The notes below the pieces were generated by a model. That model made no database searches. It saw only the letters and a list, made by a program, of their open reading frames with translations, and had not been told where the DNA came from. From Eubacteriales bacterium (GTDB taxonomy: Bacteria; Bacillota; Clostridia; Oscillospirales; CAG-272), in contig JAZNQU010000025.1 in NCBI GenBank assembly GCA_045590315.1, positions 1 to 46,464 of the forward strand: DNA of 46,464 bases. The letters run 5' to 3'. Within the stretch, counting starts at the first letter, position 1. Each line of letters starts with the position of its first letter. Shown here one piece after another: positions 9,530-18,164 of the stretch. Position numbers and translations under genes: made by a program.

Positions 9530-10030
9530 ATGTTTATGAATAAGGATCGTGTAAGCAAGCATAACTATTACCTTGATATAGCACAGACTGTGGCAGAGAG
9601 AAGTACCTGCCTCAGAAAATCATTCGGCTCGATAATCGTTAAAAACGATACGATTTTGTCAACGGGATACAACGGCGCTCCTCGTGGCAGAAAGAACTGC
9701 TCTGATATTTGCAGATGTATACGTGACGAGCTTAATATTCCCAGAGGAGAAAGATATGAGCTCTGCCGCTCTGTTCACGCAGAGGCTAATGCTATAATTG
9801 CGGCACCGCGTGACCAGATGCTTGACTCAACTCTTTATCTCTCGTGTATCGATTCAAAATCAGGAGAGCTTGTACCGGGCACGTCGTCCTGTATGATGTG
9901 CAAGAAGCTCGTTATAAACGCGGGTATCAAGCGTATCGTTATCAGAGATACGTCAGATACATACAGGGAACTTGACGTTGCTGACTGGATCGAAGACGAC
10001 GACAGCCTTTCGGGAAAATTCGGATATTGA
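9530..10030 (+). CDS. comEB: dCMP (deoxycytidylate) deaminase, ComEB-like
   Basis: Zinc deaminase motifs VHAEANAI and SCMMCKKLVINAGIKRIV. 166 aa. Confidence 0.85.
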   Translation: MFMNKDRVSKHNYYLDIAQTVAERSTCLRKSFGSIIVKNDTILSTGYNGAPRGRKNCSDICRCIRDELNIPRGERYELCRSVHAEANAIIAAPRDQMLDSTLYLSCIDSKSGELVPGTSSCMMCKKLVINAGIKRIVIRDTSDTYRELDVADWIEDDDSLSGKFGY

Positions 10031-10041
10031 TCGGAGTCTGT

Positions 10042-10533
10042 ATGAAAACAGCAGAAAAAGAAAAAGTGACACTTGAAAAGACGCAAGAGGATAATACTCA
10101 TTGCGTGCTTTTCGTTTGTACGGGAAATACCTGCCGCAGTCCCATGGCGGAAGCGGTTTACAACTACTATGCAAAAAAGTATAAGGTGAATACAAAGGCT
10201 GTGTCTGCAGGAGTGGCCGCAAACGGCTCGCGTATGTCGGCACATGCACGTACGGCTTTGCTTGAAGCCGGATATATTGATGAAAGCTACGAGCATTATT
10301 CAAGGCAGATTGACGAAGAGATGTGTATGAATGCAGACTCAATCGTCGGTATGACCGAGGCCCACGCAATGCGTCTTCTTATGGCATTCCCTATATGTGC
10401 GACTAAAATAAGATCGCTTGAGCACGATATAGCCGACCCGTTCGGAGGTTATATTGACACTTATAAGGAAAGTCTTTGTGAAATAGCTGCGGCAGTAAAG
10501 GCAGAATTTTTTGACTCGTTTGGCGAAATGTGA
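10042..10533 (+). CDS. low-molecular-weight phosphatase, YwlE-like (probable protein-arginine phosphatase)
   Basis: P-loop VLFVCTGNTCRSPMAEA (C-T-G-N-T-C-R-S, with Thr rather than Ile before the Cys-Arg) and DPFGG general-acid loop. The track ORF starts at a TTG at 10027. The ATG at 10042 (MKTAEKEK) after a GGAG is preferred. Confidence 0.8.
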   Translation: MKTAEKEKVTLEKTQEDNTHCVLFVCTGNTCRSPMAEAVYNYYAKKYKVNTKAVSAGVAANGSRMSAHARTALLEAGYIDESYEHYSRQIDEEMCMNADSIVGMTEAHAMRLLMAFPICATKIRSLEHDIADPFGGYIDTYKESLCEIAAAVKAEFFDSFGEM

Positions 10534-10997
10534 TGGATATTGTAATAAAACGCGCAGACAAGAGTGCGCTTGAAGATATTGCGGCACTCGAAAAAATATG
10601 CTTTTCGGACCCGTGGAGCGAGCAGATGTTCAAGTCAGCTTTTGACTCGGATTTTTCCGAAATCTTCATAGCGCTTGACGGTGATAAGCTTTGCGGATAT
10701 ATCTGCTTATATATTATCGGCGGCGATGAAAGCGATCCTTGCGGAGACTGCGAGCTTGCAAATGTTGCCGTTGCACCCGAATACAGGGGGCAGGGGATAG
10801 CGAAAAAACTCATGTCGCGTATGTATGAGAGCGCAAAAGAAAGTTATTGTTCGGATATTTTCCTTGAAGTGAGGCAGTCAAACATTGCGGCGACGGGACT
10901 TTATCTGTCCGAGAACTTTGAAATATACGGAACACGAAAGAATTATTACAGTGCGCCGCGTGAGGACGCGGTGCTTATGAAAAAGGGGTTACTGTAG
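10533..10997 (+). CDS. rimI: ribosomal-protein-alanine N-acetyltransferase (GNAT)
   Basis: GNAT core ELANVAVAPEYRGQGIAKKLM. It overlaps the upstream stop (ATGTGATG) and sits directly upstream of tsaD, as rimI does in Firmicutes. Confidence 0.8.
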   Translation: MDIVIKRADKSALEDIAALEKICFSDPWSEQMFKSAFDSDFSEIFIALDGDKLCGYICLYIIGGDESDPCGDCELANVAVAPEYRGQGIAKKLMSRMYESAKESYCSDIFLEVRQSNIAATGLYLSENFEIYGTRKNYYSAPREDAVLMKKGLL

Positions 10998-11001
10998 AAG
11001 T

Positions 11002-12018
11002 ATGCTTATACTCGCATTTGAATCATCTTGTGATGAAACAAGCGCGGCTGTTGTAGAGATGAGTGACAGCGAGCGCACAATAAAATCTAATATAGTAGCC
11101 TCGCAGATAGAAACGCACAGGCTTTTCGGCGGCGTAGTACCGGAGATCGCTTCACGCGCACATTCGGAAGTAATATCGCGTATAACCTACGAGGCTCTTG
11201 ATGAAGCAGGAGTTACTCTTGATGATATTGACGCTATCGGCGTGACGAACACACCCGGACTTATCGGTGCGTTGCTTGTTGGCGTTAATTTTGCAAAGTC
11301 ACTTGCGTATTCAAGAAATATACCACTTGTGCCGGTAAACCATATCAAGGGGCACGTTGCGGCAAATTACTTTGCTCATCCTGAGCTCAAGCCGCCTTTT
11401 TTAGCACTTGTCGTATCTGGTGGACATACCTCGCTTATAAGCGTTGATTCGTACACCGATTATAAAACCATAGGCCATACTCGCGATGACGCGGCAGGCG
11501 AAGCATTTGATAAGGTAGGACGCGTACTCGGTCTATCGTATCCTTGCGGCGCGGAAATGGATGGGCTTGCAAAGAATGGCAATCCTGACGCCGTTAAATT
11601 GCCTATGGCGGCAATCGGCGGCGACAATCTTGATTTATCTTTCAGCGGACTCAAGACTGCGGTTGTTAACTATATGAATACTGCGGCGCAAAAGGGCGAA
11701 GAGGTAAATCGCGCCGATGTCGCAGCGTCATTTACAAAGAGTGCGGTAAACTCGATAACAGCCAAGCTTGAAGCCGCACTTGTTAAATACGGACACAAAA
11801 CGCTTGTTTTGGCGGGCGGAGTTGCGGCAAATTCGCATTTGCGCGCGTCTCTTGAAAAAATGTGCAAGCAGCATGGCATCAAGCTGTGTATGCCTCCGCT
11901 TTCCTTATGTGGCGACAACGGCGCAATGATAGGCGCACAATGCTATTATGAATATAAAGCAGGTGTCAGAGCGGATTCATCGCTCAATGCATTTGCAACC
12001 GGAAGCGTAAGCTTTTAA
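11002..12018 (+). CDS. tsaD: tRNA N6-adenosine threonylcarbamoyltransferase
   Basis: ILAFESSCDETSAAVV ... VVPEIASRAHSE ... NHIKGH ... SGGHT ... DDAAGEAFDKVGR. These are classical Kae1/TsaD motifs. Confidence 0.93.
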   Translation: MLILAFESSCDETSAAVVEMSDSERTIKSNIVASQIETHRLFGGVVPEIASRAHSEVISRITYEALDEAGVTLDDIDAIGVTNTPGLIGALLVGVNFAKSLAYSRNIPLVPVNHIKGHVAANYFAHPELKPPFLALVVSGGHTSLISVDSYTDYKTIGHTRDDAAGEAFDKVGRVLGLSYPCGAEMDGLAKNGNPDAVKLPMAAIGGDNLDLSFSGLKTAVVNYMNTAAQKGEEVNRADVAASFTKSAVNSITAKLEAALVKYGHKTLVLAGGVAANSHLRASLEKMCKQHGIKLCMPPLSLCGDNGAMIGAQCYYEYKAGVRADSSLNAFATGSVSF

Positions 12019-12038
12019 TGGTGGAAGGATGTGTTAAT

Positions 12039-12752
12039 ATGGCAGACAATAAAGTTAGTAAAAAAGTAGCTGACAGTCAAAAAAGTGTCCTCAGACGCAG
12101 AAAAAGAGCAGAAGAAGCCCCGGTAGTTTCGGCGGCGGTAATAAAAAGACTTCCCAGATATTACAGATATCTGCGCCAGCTTCTGGCTGAAGATATAAGA
12201 AGAATATCATCAGGCGAGCTTTCCCGAATGATGAATGTTACAGCTTCACAAATACGCCAGGATTTTAACTGCTTTGGCGGTTTTGGTCAGCAGGGTTACG
12301 GGTATAACGTAAAATATCTGTATACAAAAATCGGAGAATTACTTGGAGTTACAAGCAATTTGAGCGCGATAATACTCGGCGCGGGAAACCTTGGCTCAGC
12401 ACTTGCGTCAAGTCCGGTTTTTGAAAGACGCGGAATAAGACTTAAGGCCCTTTTTGATACTGACCCGAAGCTTGTGGGCACTATCAAGTACGGATTCCCC
12501 GTGCTTTCGTTAGATGAACTTGAAAACTATGTTAAAGAAAACAAAATTGATATAGGAATTATCACGATACCCAGGGAAGCGGCACCGGAAATGGCGGAAA
12601 AGCTTGCCCGATACGGAATACGCGGACTCTGGAATTTTACAAGCAGAGAGCTTGACGTAACAGGCTACGGTGTTGTGACGGAAAACGTGCATCTCGGCGA
12701 TTCGCTGATGACGTTGTGTTATAAAATATCAGATAAAAACGTAAAAGACTAA
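12039..12752 (+). CDS. rex: redox-sensing transcriptional repressor Rex
   Basis: RLPRYYRYLRQL winged-helix motif and Rossmann GAGNLGSAL. The ATG at 12039 follows a GGAAGGA RBS, whereas the track start at 12018 overlaps the tsaD stop. Confidence 0.88.
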   Translation: MADNKVSKKVADSQKSVLRRRKRAEEAPVVSAAVIKRLPRYYRYLRQLLAEDIRRISSGELSRMMNVTASQIRQDFNCFGGFGQQGYGYNVKYLYTKIGELLGVTSNLSAIILGAGNLGSALASSPVFERRGIRLKALFDTDPKLVGTIKYGFPVLSLDELENYVKENKIDIGIITIPREAAPEMAEKLARYGIRGLWNFTSRELDVTGYGVVTENVHLGDSLMTLCYKISDKNVKD

Positions 12753-12782
12753 AAGCCGACAAGTCGGCAGAGTGGAGTTAAA

Positions 12783-13772
12783 ATGAAACTTGAAATAAAT
12801 AAAAAGGATTCTTTCTGCCTGCCGCAAAAGGAGCTTTCACGAGCGCTTGACGGAGCTGACGAAAATGATTTGAAGGTGCTTTTGCTTCTGTGCAGTATTA
12901 CAGAGGACGGAAGCTTTGATACTGACAAGTTGAGAAGCGAATGTGCGTCTGCTGCAGGCATCAGCGAGACCGATTTTGACAATTCTGTTGCATACTGGCG
13001 GGGAGCGAGAGTTCTCAAACTGAAGAAAAATGCAAAAAAGAATGACTCGCAAGACGGGCCTGATACGGTAAAGAAAAAGACACTTTTAGAGGAAAAACTG
13101 CCAAGCTACACTGAATATGAAATGGCAGATAAAATTGACTCGACGGCAGGGCTTAAAGCGGTTATAGATGAGTGCCAGCAGATCGTTGGTAAGATATTTT
13201 CAAGCGCCGATACGTCAGTTATTGTTGGCCTGTCCGACAGACTCGGGCTTTCGGGCGAATACATAATCATGCTCGTTGCGTATTGCATGGGCATTGGAAA
13301 AAAGTCTTTGCGATATATTGAAAAGACCGCTTGTGCGATATATGACGAGGGTGTTGATTCGCCGGAGAAGCTTGCGGCATATATCGAGAAAAAAGAGAGA
13401 GTACACGAAGGTGTTACACAGATCAAAAAAATGGTCGGTGCAAAAGAGAGAGAGCTTACAGTGAAGGAGCAAAAGCTTGTAAACACGTGGCTTGACGAAT
13501 ACGCCTTGGAACTTGATGTTATAAAGATAGCCTATGAGCTTGCAGTATCGCGCGTTGAGGGCAGCGGAAGCTATATTCCGTATATGGGCGGAATTATCGA
13601 AAGATGGCATCAGAAGGGGCTTCACAGTGCAAAAGATATAAATGAAATGCACGCCGCTTATAAAAAGAGCAGAGAAGAAAGTACAAGCGGCTTTGATGCA
13701 AATGATTTCTTTGATAAAGCAGTAAATAAAACGAAAAACAAAAAGAAAAAGCAGACTGAAAAAGAAGCTTGA
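12783..13772 (+). CDS. DnaD-domain replication initiation / helicase-loading protein (DnaB/DnaD-like)
   Basis: C-terminal DnaD-type segment (IIMLVAYCMG ... IERWHQKGLHSAKDI) and a Lys-rich tail. It is followed immediately by a DnaI/DnaC-type ATPase. Confidence 0.7.
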   Translation: MKLEINKKDSFCLPQKELSRALDGADENDLKVLLLLCSITEDGSFDTDKLRSECASAAGISETDFDNSVAYWRGARVLKLKKNAKKNDSQDGPDTVKKKTLLEEKLPSYTEYEMADKIDSTAGLKAVIDECQQIVGKIFSSADTSVIVGLSDRLGLSGEYIIMLVAYCMGIGKKSLRYIEKTACAIYDEGVDSPEKLAAYIEKKERVHEGVTQIKKMVGAKERELTVKEQKLVNTWLDEYALELDVIKIAYELAVSRVEGSGSYIPYMGGIIERWHQKGLHSAKDINEMHAAYKKSREESTSGFDANDFFDKAVNKTKNKKKKQTEKEA

Positions 13773-13795
13773 CAGATCTGCAATTGGAGCGTTAT

Positions 13796-14779
13796 ATGAG
13801 CTACAGTAGAGAAAATTATAGAAAAATCAAGGAAGAATTTTCGCAAAAAAGGGCAAATGCGCTTGCAGGGGCCGAACACAGATTGAGCGAGCTTGAAAAA
13901 AAATACCCGGAACTGAAAGAGCTAAACCGTGTAATTTCTCAAACGGGCGCACGGATAATGGACGCAGTGCTGATAAAAGACGGAAAAAGCGTTGAGGAAA
14001 AGCTCAGGGAGATCGAAGCCGAGCACGATGCAAACGTAGGCTTCAGAAAGCAGTTCCTTGAAACTTACGGCTATCCGAGCGACTATCTTGACATTCATTA
14101 TGACTGTGCCCTGTGCTCTGATGAGGGGTATGACGACTCGGGTAAAATGTGCATCTGTATGAAGCGCGCGCTTGCGCTTGCAACGTATGAAAGCTCGGGT
14201 ATCGGCAAGCTTATCACAAAGCAGAATTTTGATAATTTCAGCTTTAAATATTATGCGCCGGGCCGAGAGCGTGAAAATATAAACGATATTTTCGATTACT
14301 GCAGAGAGTATGCCGACACTTTTTCGGCAAAGATTTCGGAAAATATGCTTTTCTGCGGCACTACCGGACTTGGAAAAACGCATTTGTCCACGTCTGTTGC
14401 AAAGGCTGTTATCGATCGTGGATTTGACGTGGTATATGTTACCGCACAAAAGCTGTTTGACGATTTTGAGAGTGAAAAGTTTTCAAGAAACTACTCTGAT
14501 ACACGCGGTGAGTTGACCGATAAATATTTTGACTGCGACTTACTTATAATTGACGACTTAGGTACGGAAATGTCAACACAGTTTACGGTATCGTGTCTGT
14601 ATAACCTTGTAAACACACGAATCAACACGGAAAAACCGATGATTATAAACACAAATCTTGAAAAAGAAAAAATGCGTGAAAAATACGCCGACAGAATAAC
14701 TTCAAGGCTATTCGGAGAGTTTTCGGTAATGCAGTTTATCGGCCGCGATATCCGTGCTCAGAAGCTTGATGAAGAATAA
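13796..14779 (+). CDS. DnaI/DnaC-family helicase loader ATPase
   Basis: Cys cluster CALCSDEGYDDSGKMCIC (zinc module), Walker A FCGTTGLGKTHLS, Walker B LLIIDDLG. The ATG at 13796 after a TGGAG is preferred over the TTG at 13769. Confidence 0.8.
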   Translation: MSYSRENYRKIKEEFSQKRANALAGAEHRLSELEKKYPELKELNRVISQTGARIMDAVLIKDGKSVEEKLREIEAEHDANVGFRKQFLETYGYPSDYLDIHYDCALCSDEGYDDSGKMCICMKRALALATYESSGIGKLITKQNFDNFSFKYYAPGRERENINDIFDYCREYADTFSAKISENMLFCGTTGLGKTHLSTSVAKAVIDRGFDVVYVTAQKLFDDFESEKFSRNYSDTRGELTDKYFDCDLLIIDDLGTEMSTQFTVSCLYNLVNTRINTEKPMIINTNLEKEKMREKYADRITSRLFGEFSVMQFIGRDIRAQKLDEE

Positions 14780-14789
14780 GGAGTAAAGC

Positions 14790-15449
14790 GTGATAAAAGC
14801 AGTTGTATATGACCTTGATGGAACGCTCCTTGATACGCTCGGTACTATAGCCGGATATGGCAATACTGCTATGAAGAAGTTTGGACTTTCTGAGTTCGAT
14901 ACCGATTCATACCGCTATTTTGTAGGAAACGGTGCAAAAACGCTTATTAAGCGTATGCTTGAAGCAGGGAATATTGACGCAGACGAGTATTTTGATAAGG
15001 TGTATGAGTATTACACGTCAATTTATGATGCCGATCCGATAAGCGACACAAAGCCTTATGATGGTATTCCTGAGCTGACAGACGAACTTCGCACGCTTGG
15101 TATAAAGCAGGCGATACTTTCAAACAAGCCTGATTTTGCAACAAAGGGAGTAGCGAAAAGATTTTTTGACGGTATGTTTGACAGAGTATACGGAGGCAGA
15201 GAGGGGATCGAATTAAAGCCTCATCCCGGAGCACTTTTGTCGGTGCTTGACGAGCTTGAAGTAAAACCCGATGAATGTGTTTTTGTCGGCGATACATATG
15301 TTGACATACGCACAGGAAAAAGTGCCGGAGCGCATACGATAGGCGTGCTCTGGGGCTTCAGGGACAGAGAAGAGCTTGAAAGAGAGGGCGCTGAGTATAT
15401 CGTAAGCAAGCCTTCGGAAATAGCAGAAATAGTAAAAAGCATAAAATAA
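14790..15449 (+). CDS. HAD-superfamily hydrolase (phosphoglycolate phosphatase-like)
   Basis: HAD motif I VYDLDGTLLDT, motif II ILSNK, motif IV FVGDTYVDIRTGKSAG. GTG start 7 nt after an AAGGAG. Confidence 0.8.
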   Translation: MIKAVVYDLDGTLLDTLGTIAGYGNTAMKKFGLSEFDTDSYRYFVGNGAKTLIKRMLEAGNIDADEYFDKVYEYYTSIYDADPISDTKPYDGIPELTDELRTLGIKQAILSNKPDFATKGVAKRFFDGMFDRVYGGREGIELKPHPGALLSVLDELEVKPDECVFVGDTYVDIRTGKSAGAHTIGVLWGFRDREELEREGAEYIVSKPSEIAEIVKSIK

Positions 15450-15450
15450 A

Positions 15451-15480
15451 AGAGGAGAGCAGGGAGCTCTCCTTTTTGTT
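15451..15480. terminator. bidirectional intrinsic terminator shared by the HAD gene (+) and the alaX-like gene (-)
   Basis: A-rich tract, then GGAGAGC-AGGGA-GCTCTCC, then a T5 run, located between convergent stop codons. Confidence 0.75.
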
Positions 15481-16656
15481 TTATATATTTAGCGCCTTTT
15501 CAATATCCGACCTTGTAGCTGTTATGCTTCCGGATACCATAGTGTCTGTGCCTCCGCCCTTGGCAGAGAAGCGCTCGCTCAAAAGCTTTGCAAGCTCACG
15601 CGGTGCGGGTGACACGCCCGGCTTTGCCGTGATAATGTAGGTGTAGCTGCCATCTCCCTTGTCGCAGAAAATGCATACAAAGCTTTTTGTTTTTTCAAGT
15701 GCATTGTTGGCAAGCTCGCGTGCTTCACCTGCTCCGAGTATACTGTCAAAAATAATGACCGGATTCGTGCTTTCCGTAAGCGCGTCAATACGCTCTGATA
15801 AAAATGCGCGCTTGAGTGCTGAAATCTCGCTTTTCAGTCTGCCGCACTCGTCTGTAACACGGCTGACACCTGCGCATATGTCAGCTTGCTTTACCGATAG
15901 CATATTTGATATTTCCCGGCAGTTTCTGTATCTTGCGTTATAGTCGGCAAGTGCACGCGCGCCACAGAGCATATGAATACGGATTCCGCCCTTGTAGTGA
16001 ATGAAGTCAAGAAGCTTTATAATGCCTACCTCACCCGTGCGCGATACGTGCGGCGCACAGCAGGCGCAGGTGTCCACGCCGTCTATAGTAACAATTCTGA
16101 CGTTTTCGTAAAGCTCAAGCTTGCTTCTGTAATCAAGCGTTTTTAGTACCTCGGCTAAAGGAAACTCTGCTTTTATTTCAATATTTTTATATACTATGGC
16201 ATTTGCAAGACGCTCTATCTCATCAAGCTCATCACGTGTCAGAACACCGTCAAAATCAAGCGTTACATCATCGTGACCGAGATGAAAGCCGACGTTGTTA
16301 AGTCCGTGATGCTTAAATATGAGTCCCGATACTATATGCTCACCCGAATGGCACTGCATTTTTTCAAAACGCTTATCAAAATCTACTTTACCGTGAACAA
16401 TTTCGCCTTCTGTAAGCGGAACATCGGTAAAATGAACAATAACGCCGTCACGTTCACGGGCATCAAGAACAGAGGCAGAGCCAAGAAGACCTGTGTCGGC
16501 ATACTGACCGCCCTCTTCGGGGAAAAATGCGGTCTTATCAAGAATTATCTCGTATCCGCCTTTATCTGAAGATTCACATGACACAACGAGCGCGTCAAAC
16601 TCGCTCATCATACTGTCGGTATAATAAAGCTTTTCTGTTTTTTTCATCATTGTCAT
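15481..16656 (-). CDS. alanyl-tRNA editing protein, AlaX-L type (editing domain plus DHHA1-like C-terminus)
   Basis: Zinc and editing motifs HSGEHIV and CCAPHV, with a C-terminal GGG...G segment (KGGGTDTMVSG) as in AlaRS C-terminal/DHHA1 domains. Confidence 0.8.
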   Translation of the reverse strand: MTMMKKTEKLYYTDSMMSEFDALVVSCESSDKGGYEIILDKTAFFPEEGGQYADTGLLGSASVLDARERDGVIVHFTDVPLTEGEIVHGKVDFDKRFEKMQCHSGEHIVSGLIFKHHGLNNVGFHLGHDDVTLDFDGVLTRDELDEIERLANAIVYKNIEIKAEFPLAEVLKTLDYRSKLELYENVRIVTIDGVDTCACCAPHVSRTGEVGIIKLLDFIHYKGGIRIHMLCGARALADYNARYRNCREISNMLSVKQADICAGVSRVTDECGRLKSEISALKRAFLSERIDALTESTNPVIIFDSILGAGEARELANNALEKTKSFVCIFCDKGDGSYTYIITAKPGVSPAPRELAKLLSERFSAKGGGTDTMVSGSITATRSDIEKALNI

Positions 16657-16747
16657 TACTTTCGTGGTTTTTTCTTACATTATAACAGTAAAAGCGGATA
16701 AATGCAAGAGTGTAAGACGATGTAACATAAACTTAAAATTATCTCTA

Positions 16748-16776
16748 TTGCTAAAAGGTCGAATTTATGATAAAAT
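16748..16776 (+). promoter_or_regulatory. sigma-A type promoter upstream of the ECF sigma gene
   Basis: TTGCTA, 17-nt spacer, TAAAAT, with a TG one base upstream of the -10. Confidence 0.45.
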
Positions 16777-16819
16777 GTAAAAAAGGGTGAGTGTTTCACC
16801 AAAATCAAGCGTATAAATA

Positions 16820-17392
16820 ATGAATTTGAGGGAAGGTGACACCTTGTCTTCTGGAAACGAACTTTTCCGCCGTTATCTTGACGGCGAAACGGAAGCGTTT
16901 GACGATATAATCAATCTATACAGGGAAAATCTCATTTTTTTCATAATGCGATATGTGCGCTGTGTGTCTGTTGCAGAAGAAATCGCGCAGGACGCATTCG
17001 TTGAACTGCTTTTACATAAACACAGATATAATTTTTCCAGCTCGCTTAAAACCTACCTTTTTACGATAGCGAAAAATAAGGCTATAAATCATCTCAGACG
17101 GCAGAAATTTGTGAGCGACGAGGAAATCGACGTAAATACTGAATCCGACCAGGAAGCGCTTGCTGAAAAGATTATCAAAAACGAGCAGAATGAAATACTC
17201 TATAAGGTACTTGACAGACTAAGTGAGGACTACAGATGTGCCCTGTATCTTGTCTACATTGAAGAGTTGTCATACGATGAAGCAGGCAGGGTAATGGGTA
17301 AAAACCGAAAGCAAATTGAAAATCTTGTATTCCGCGCAAAGGCGAGCGCGAGAAAAGAATTTGAAAAGGAGGGCGTGTACGGTGAAAAGTGA
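16820..17392 (+). CDS. ECF-type RNA polymerase sigma-70 family factor
   Basis: Region 2 (EEIAQDAFVELL ... LKTYLFTIAKNKAINHLRR) and region 4 (LSYDEAGRVMGKNRKQIENLVFRAK). An alternative start is the TTG at 16844, which follows a GAGGGAAGG RBS. Confidence 0.88.
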   Translation: MNLREGDTLSSGNELFRRYLDGETEAFDDIINLYRENLIFFIMRYVRCVSVAEEIAQDAFVELLLHKHRYNFSSSLKTYLFTIAKNKAINHLRRQKFVSDEEIDVNTESDQEALAEKIIKNEQNEILYKVLDRLSEDYRCALYLVYIEELSYDEAGRVMGKNRKQIENLVFRAKASARKEFEKEGVYGEK

Positions 17393-18140
17393 AAAAGAGT
17401 TCATAGACGGTGTCTATGAAAAATACGAAAAGCAGCTTGAAATTAAGCGCAGACGGATAAAAATGCTGTCTGCATGTGCAACGCTTTCCGCGTGTGCCTG
17501 CGTGGTTTTTGTGGTTGCGATAAGAACCCTTCCCGTAATAAATGATGTTGCAGAGGACGCAGCTCTTGCAGAAGCTGATTTTGAATATTCGGGATATAGT
17601 CTTTACTCTTCATCTGACGAGCCTGAAGAAGAGGCAGTTTTCGATATAAATGAATCGTATAAAGCTGCAGTGAAAACGCAGATTCTCGTTGACGGTATTG
17701 CTGATATGGCAAAGTCCTATGATGAAGACGTTGCCGACGACGTGGCTCCGACGGCGAAAGCAGAAGCAGCATTTGAGTCTGTCGAAGAGCCTGCGGAGGC
17801 AGAAGAAATCCAGAATGCGGGAGAAGAAACAGTCACGCAATATAGCAACGCAGGTGCGTTTGTTTTCAATCTCTATACGTCAAATTCCCGGAACGTGTAT
17901 GAAGACAAGATAGAGTATACCGATACAAACGGAGCGGTTATAGCAACCGCATATTTAAACAGCGCACCTGAATTTACATGTGTCGGATGCATTACTCCAC
18001 AAATAGCAGAGACTGACGGAGGGTATTATATTAACTATAAATCCGGCGGTGAGAATATCGTAATATTCCTTGACGGAGATACGTACGAAGAAAAACTCGC
18101 GAAAGCCGTTGCCGAGTCTATTGTATACAATGAAAACTGA
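17382..18140 (+). CDS. single-pass membrane protein, putative cognate anti-sigma factor
   Basis: GTG at 17382 lies 8 nt after AAAGGAGGG and overlaps the sigma gene stop by 11 nt. About 28 cytoplasmic residues, a TM helix (LSACATLSACACVVFVVAI), then an acidic linker and an extracytoplasmic domain. The role is inferred from position only. Confidence 0.5.
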   Translation: MKSEKEFIDGVYEKYEKQLEIKRRRIKMLSACATLSACACVVFVVAIRTLPVINDVAEDAALAEADFEYSGYSLYSSSDEPEEEAVFDINESYKAAVKTQILVDGIADMAKSYDEDVADDVAPTAKAEAAFESVEEPAEAEEIQNAGEETVTQYSNAGAFVFNLYTSNSRNVYEDKIEYTDTNGAVIATAYLNSAPEFTCVGCITPQIAETDGGYYINYKSGGENIVIFLDGDTYEEKLAKAVAESIVYNEN

Positions 18141-18164
18141 AATAAAGAGAGGACGGTAGATATT

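Noticed and set aside
9835-10813. Minus-strand ORFs of 153, 138, 82 and 136 aa opposite the comEB, phosphatase and rimI genes
   Set aside because: These are overlapping antisense frames of a tightly coupled, motif-supported sense operon.
17316-17381. Upstream extension of the anti-sigma candidate ORF
   Set aside because: It begins at a non-ATG codon deep inside the sigma gene and has no RBS. The GTG at 17382 has a near-perfect AAAGGAGGG 8 nt upstream.
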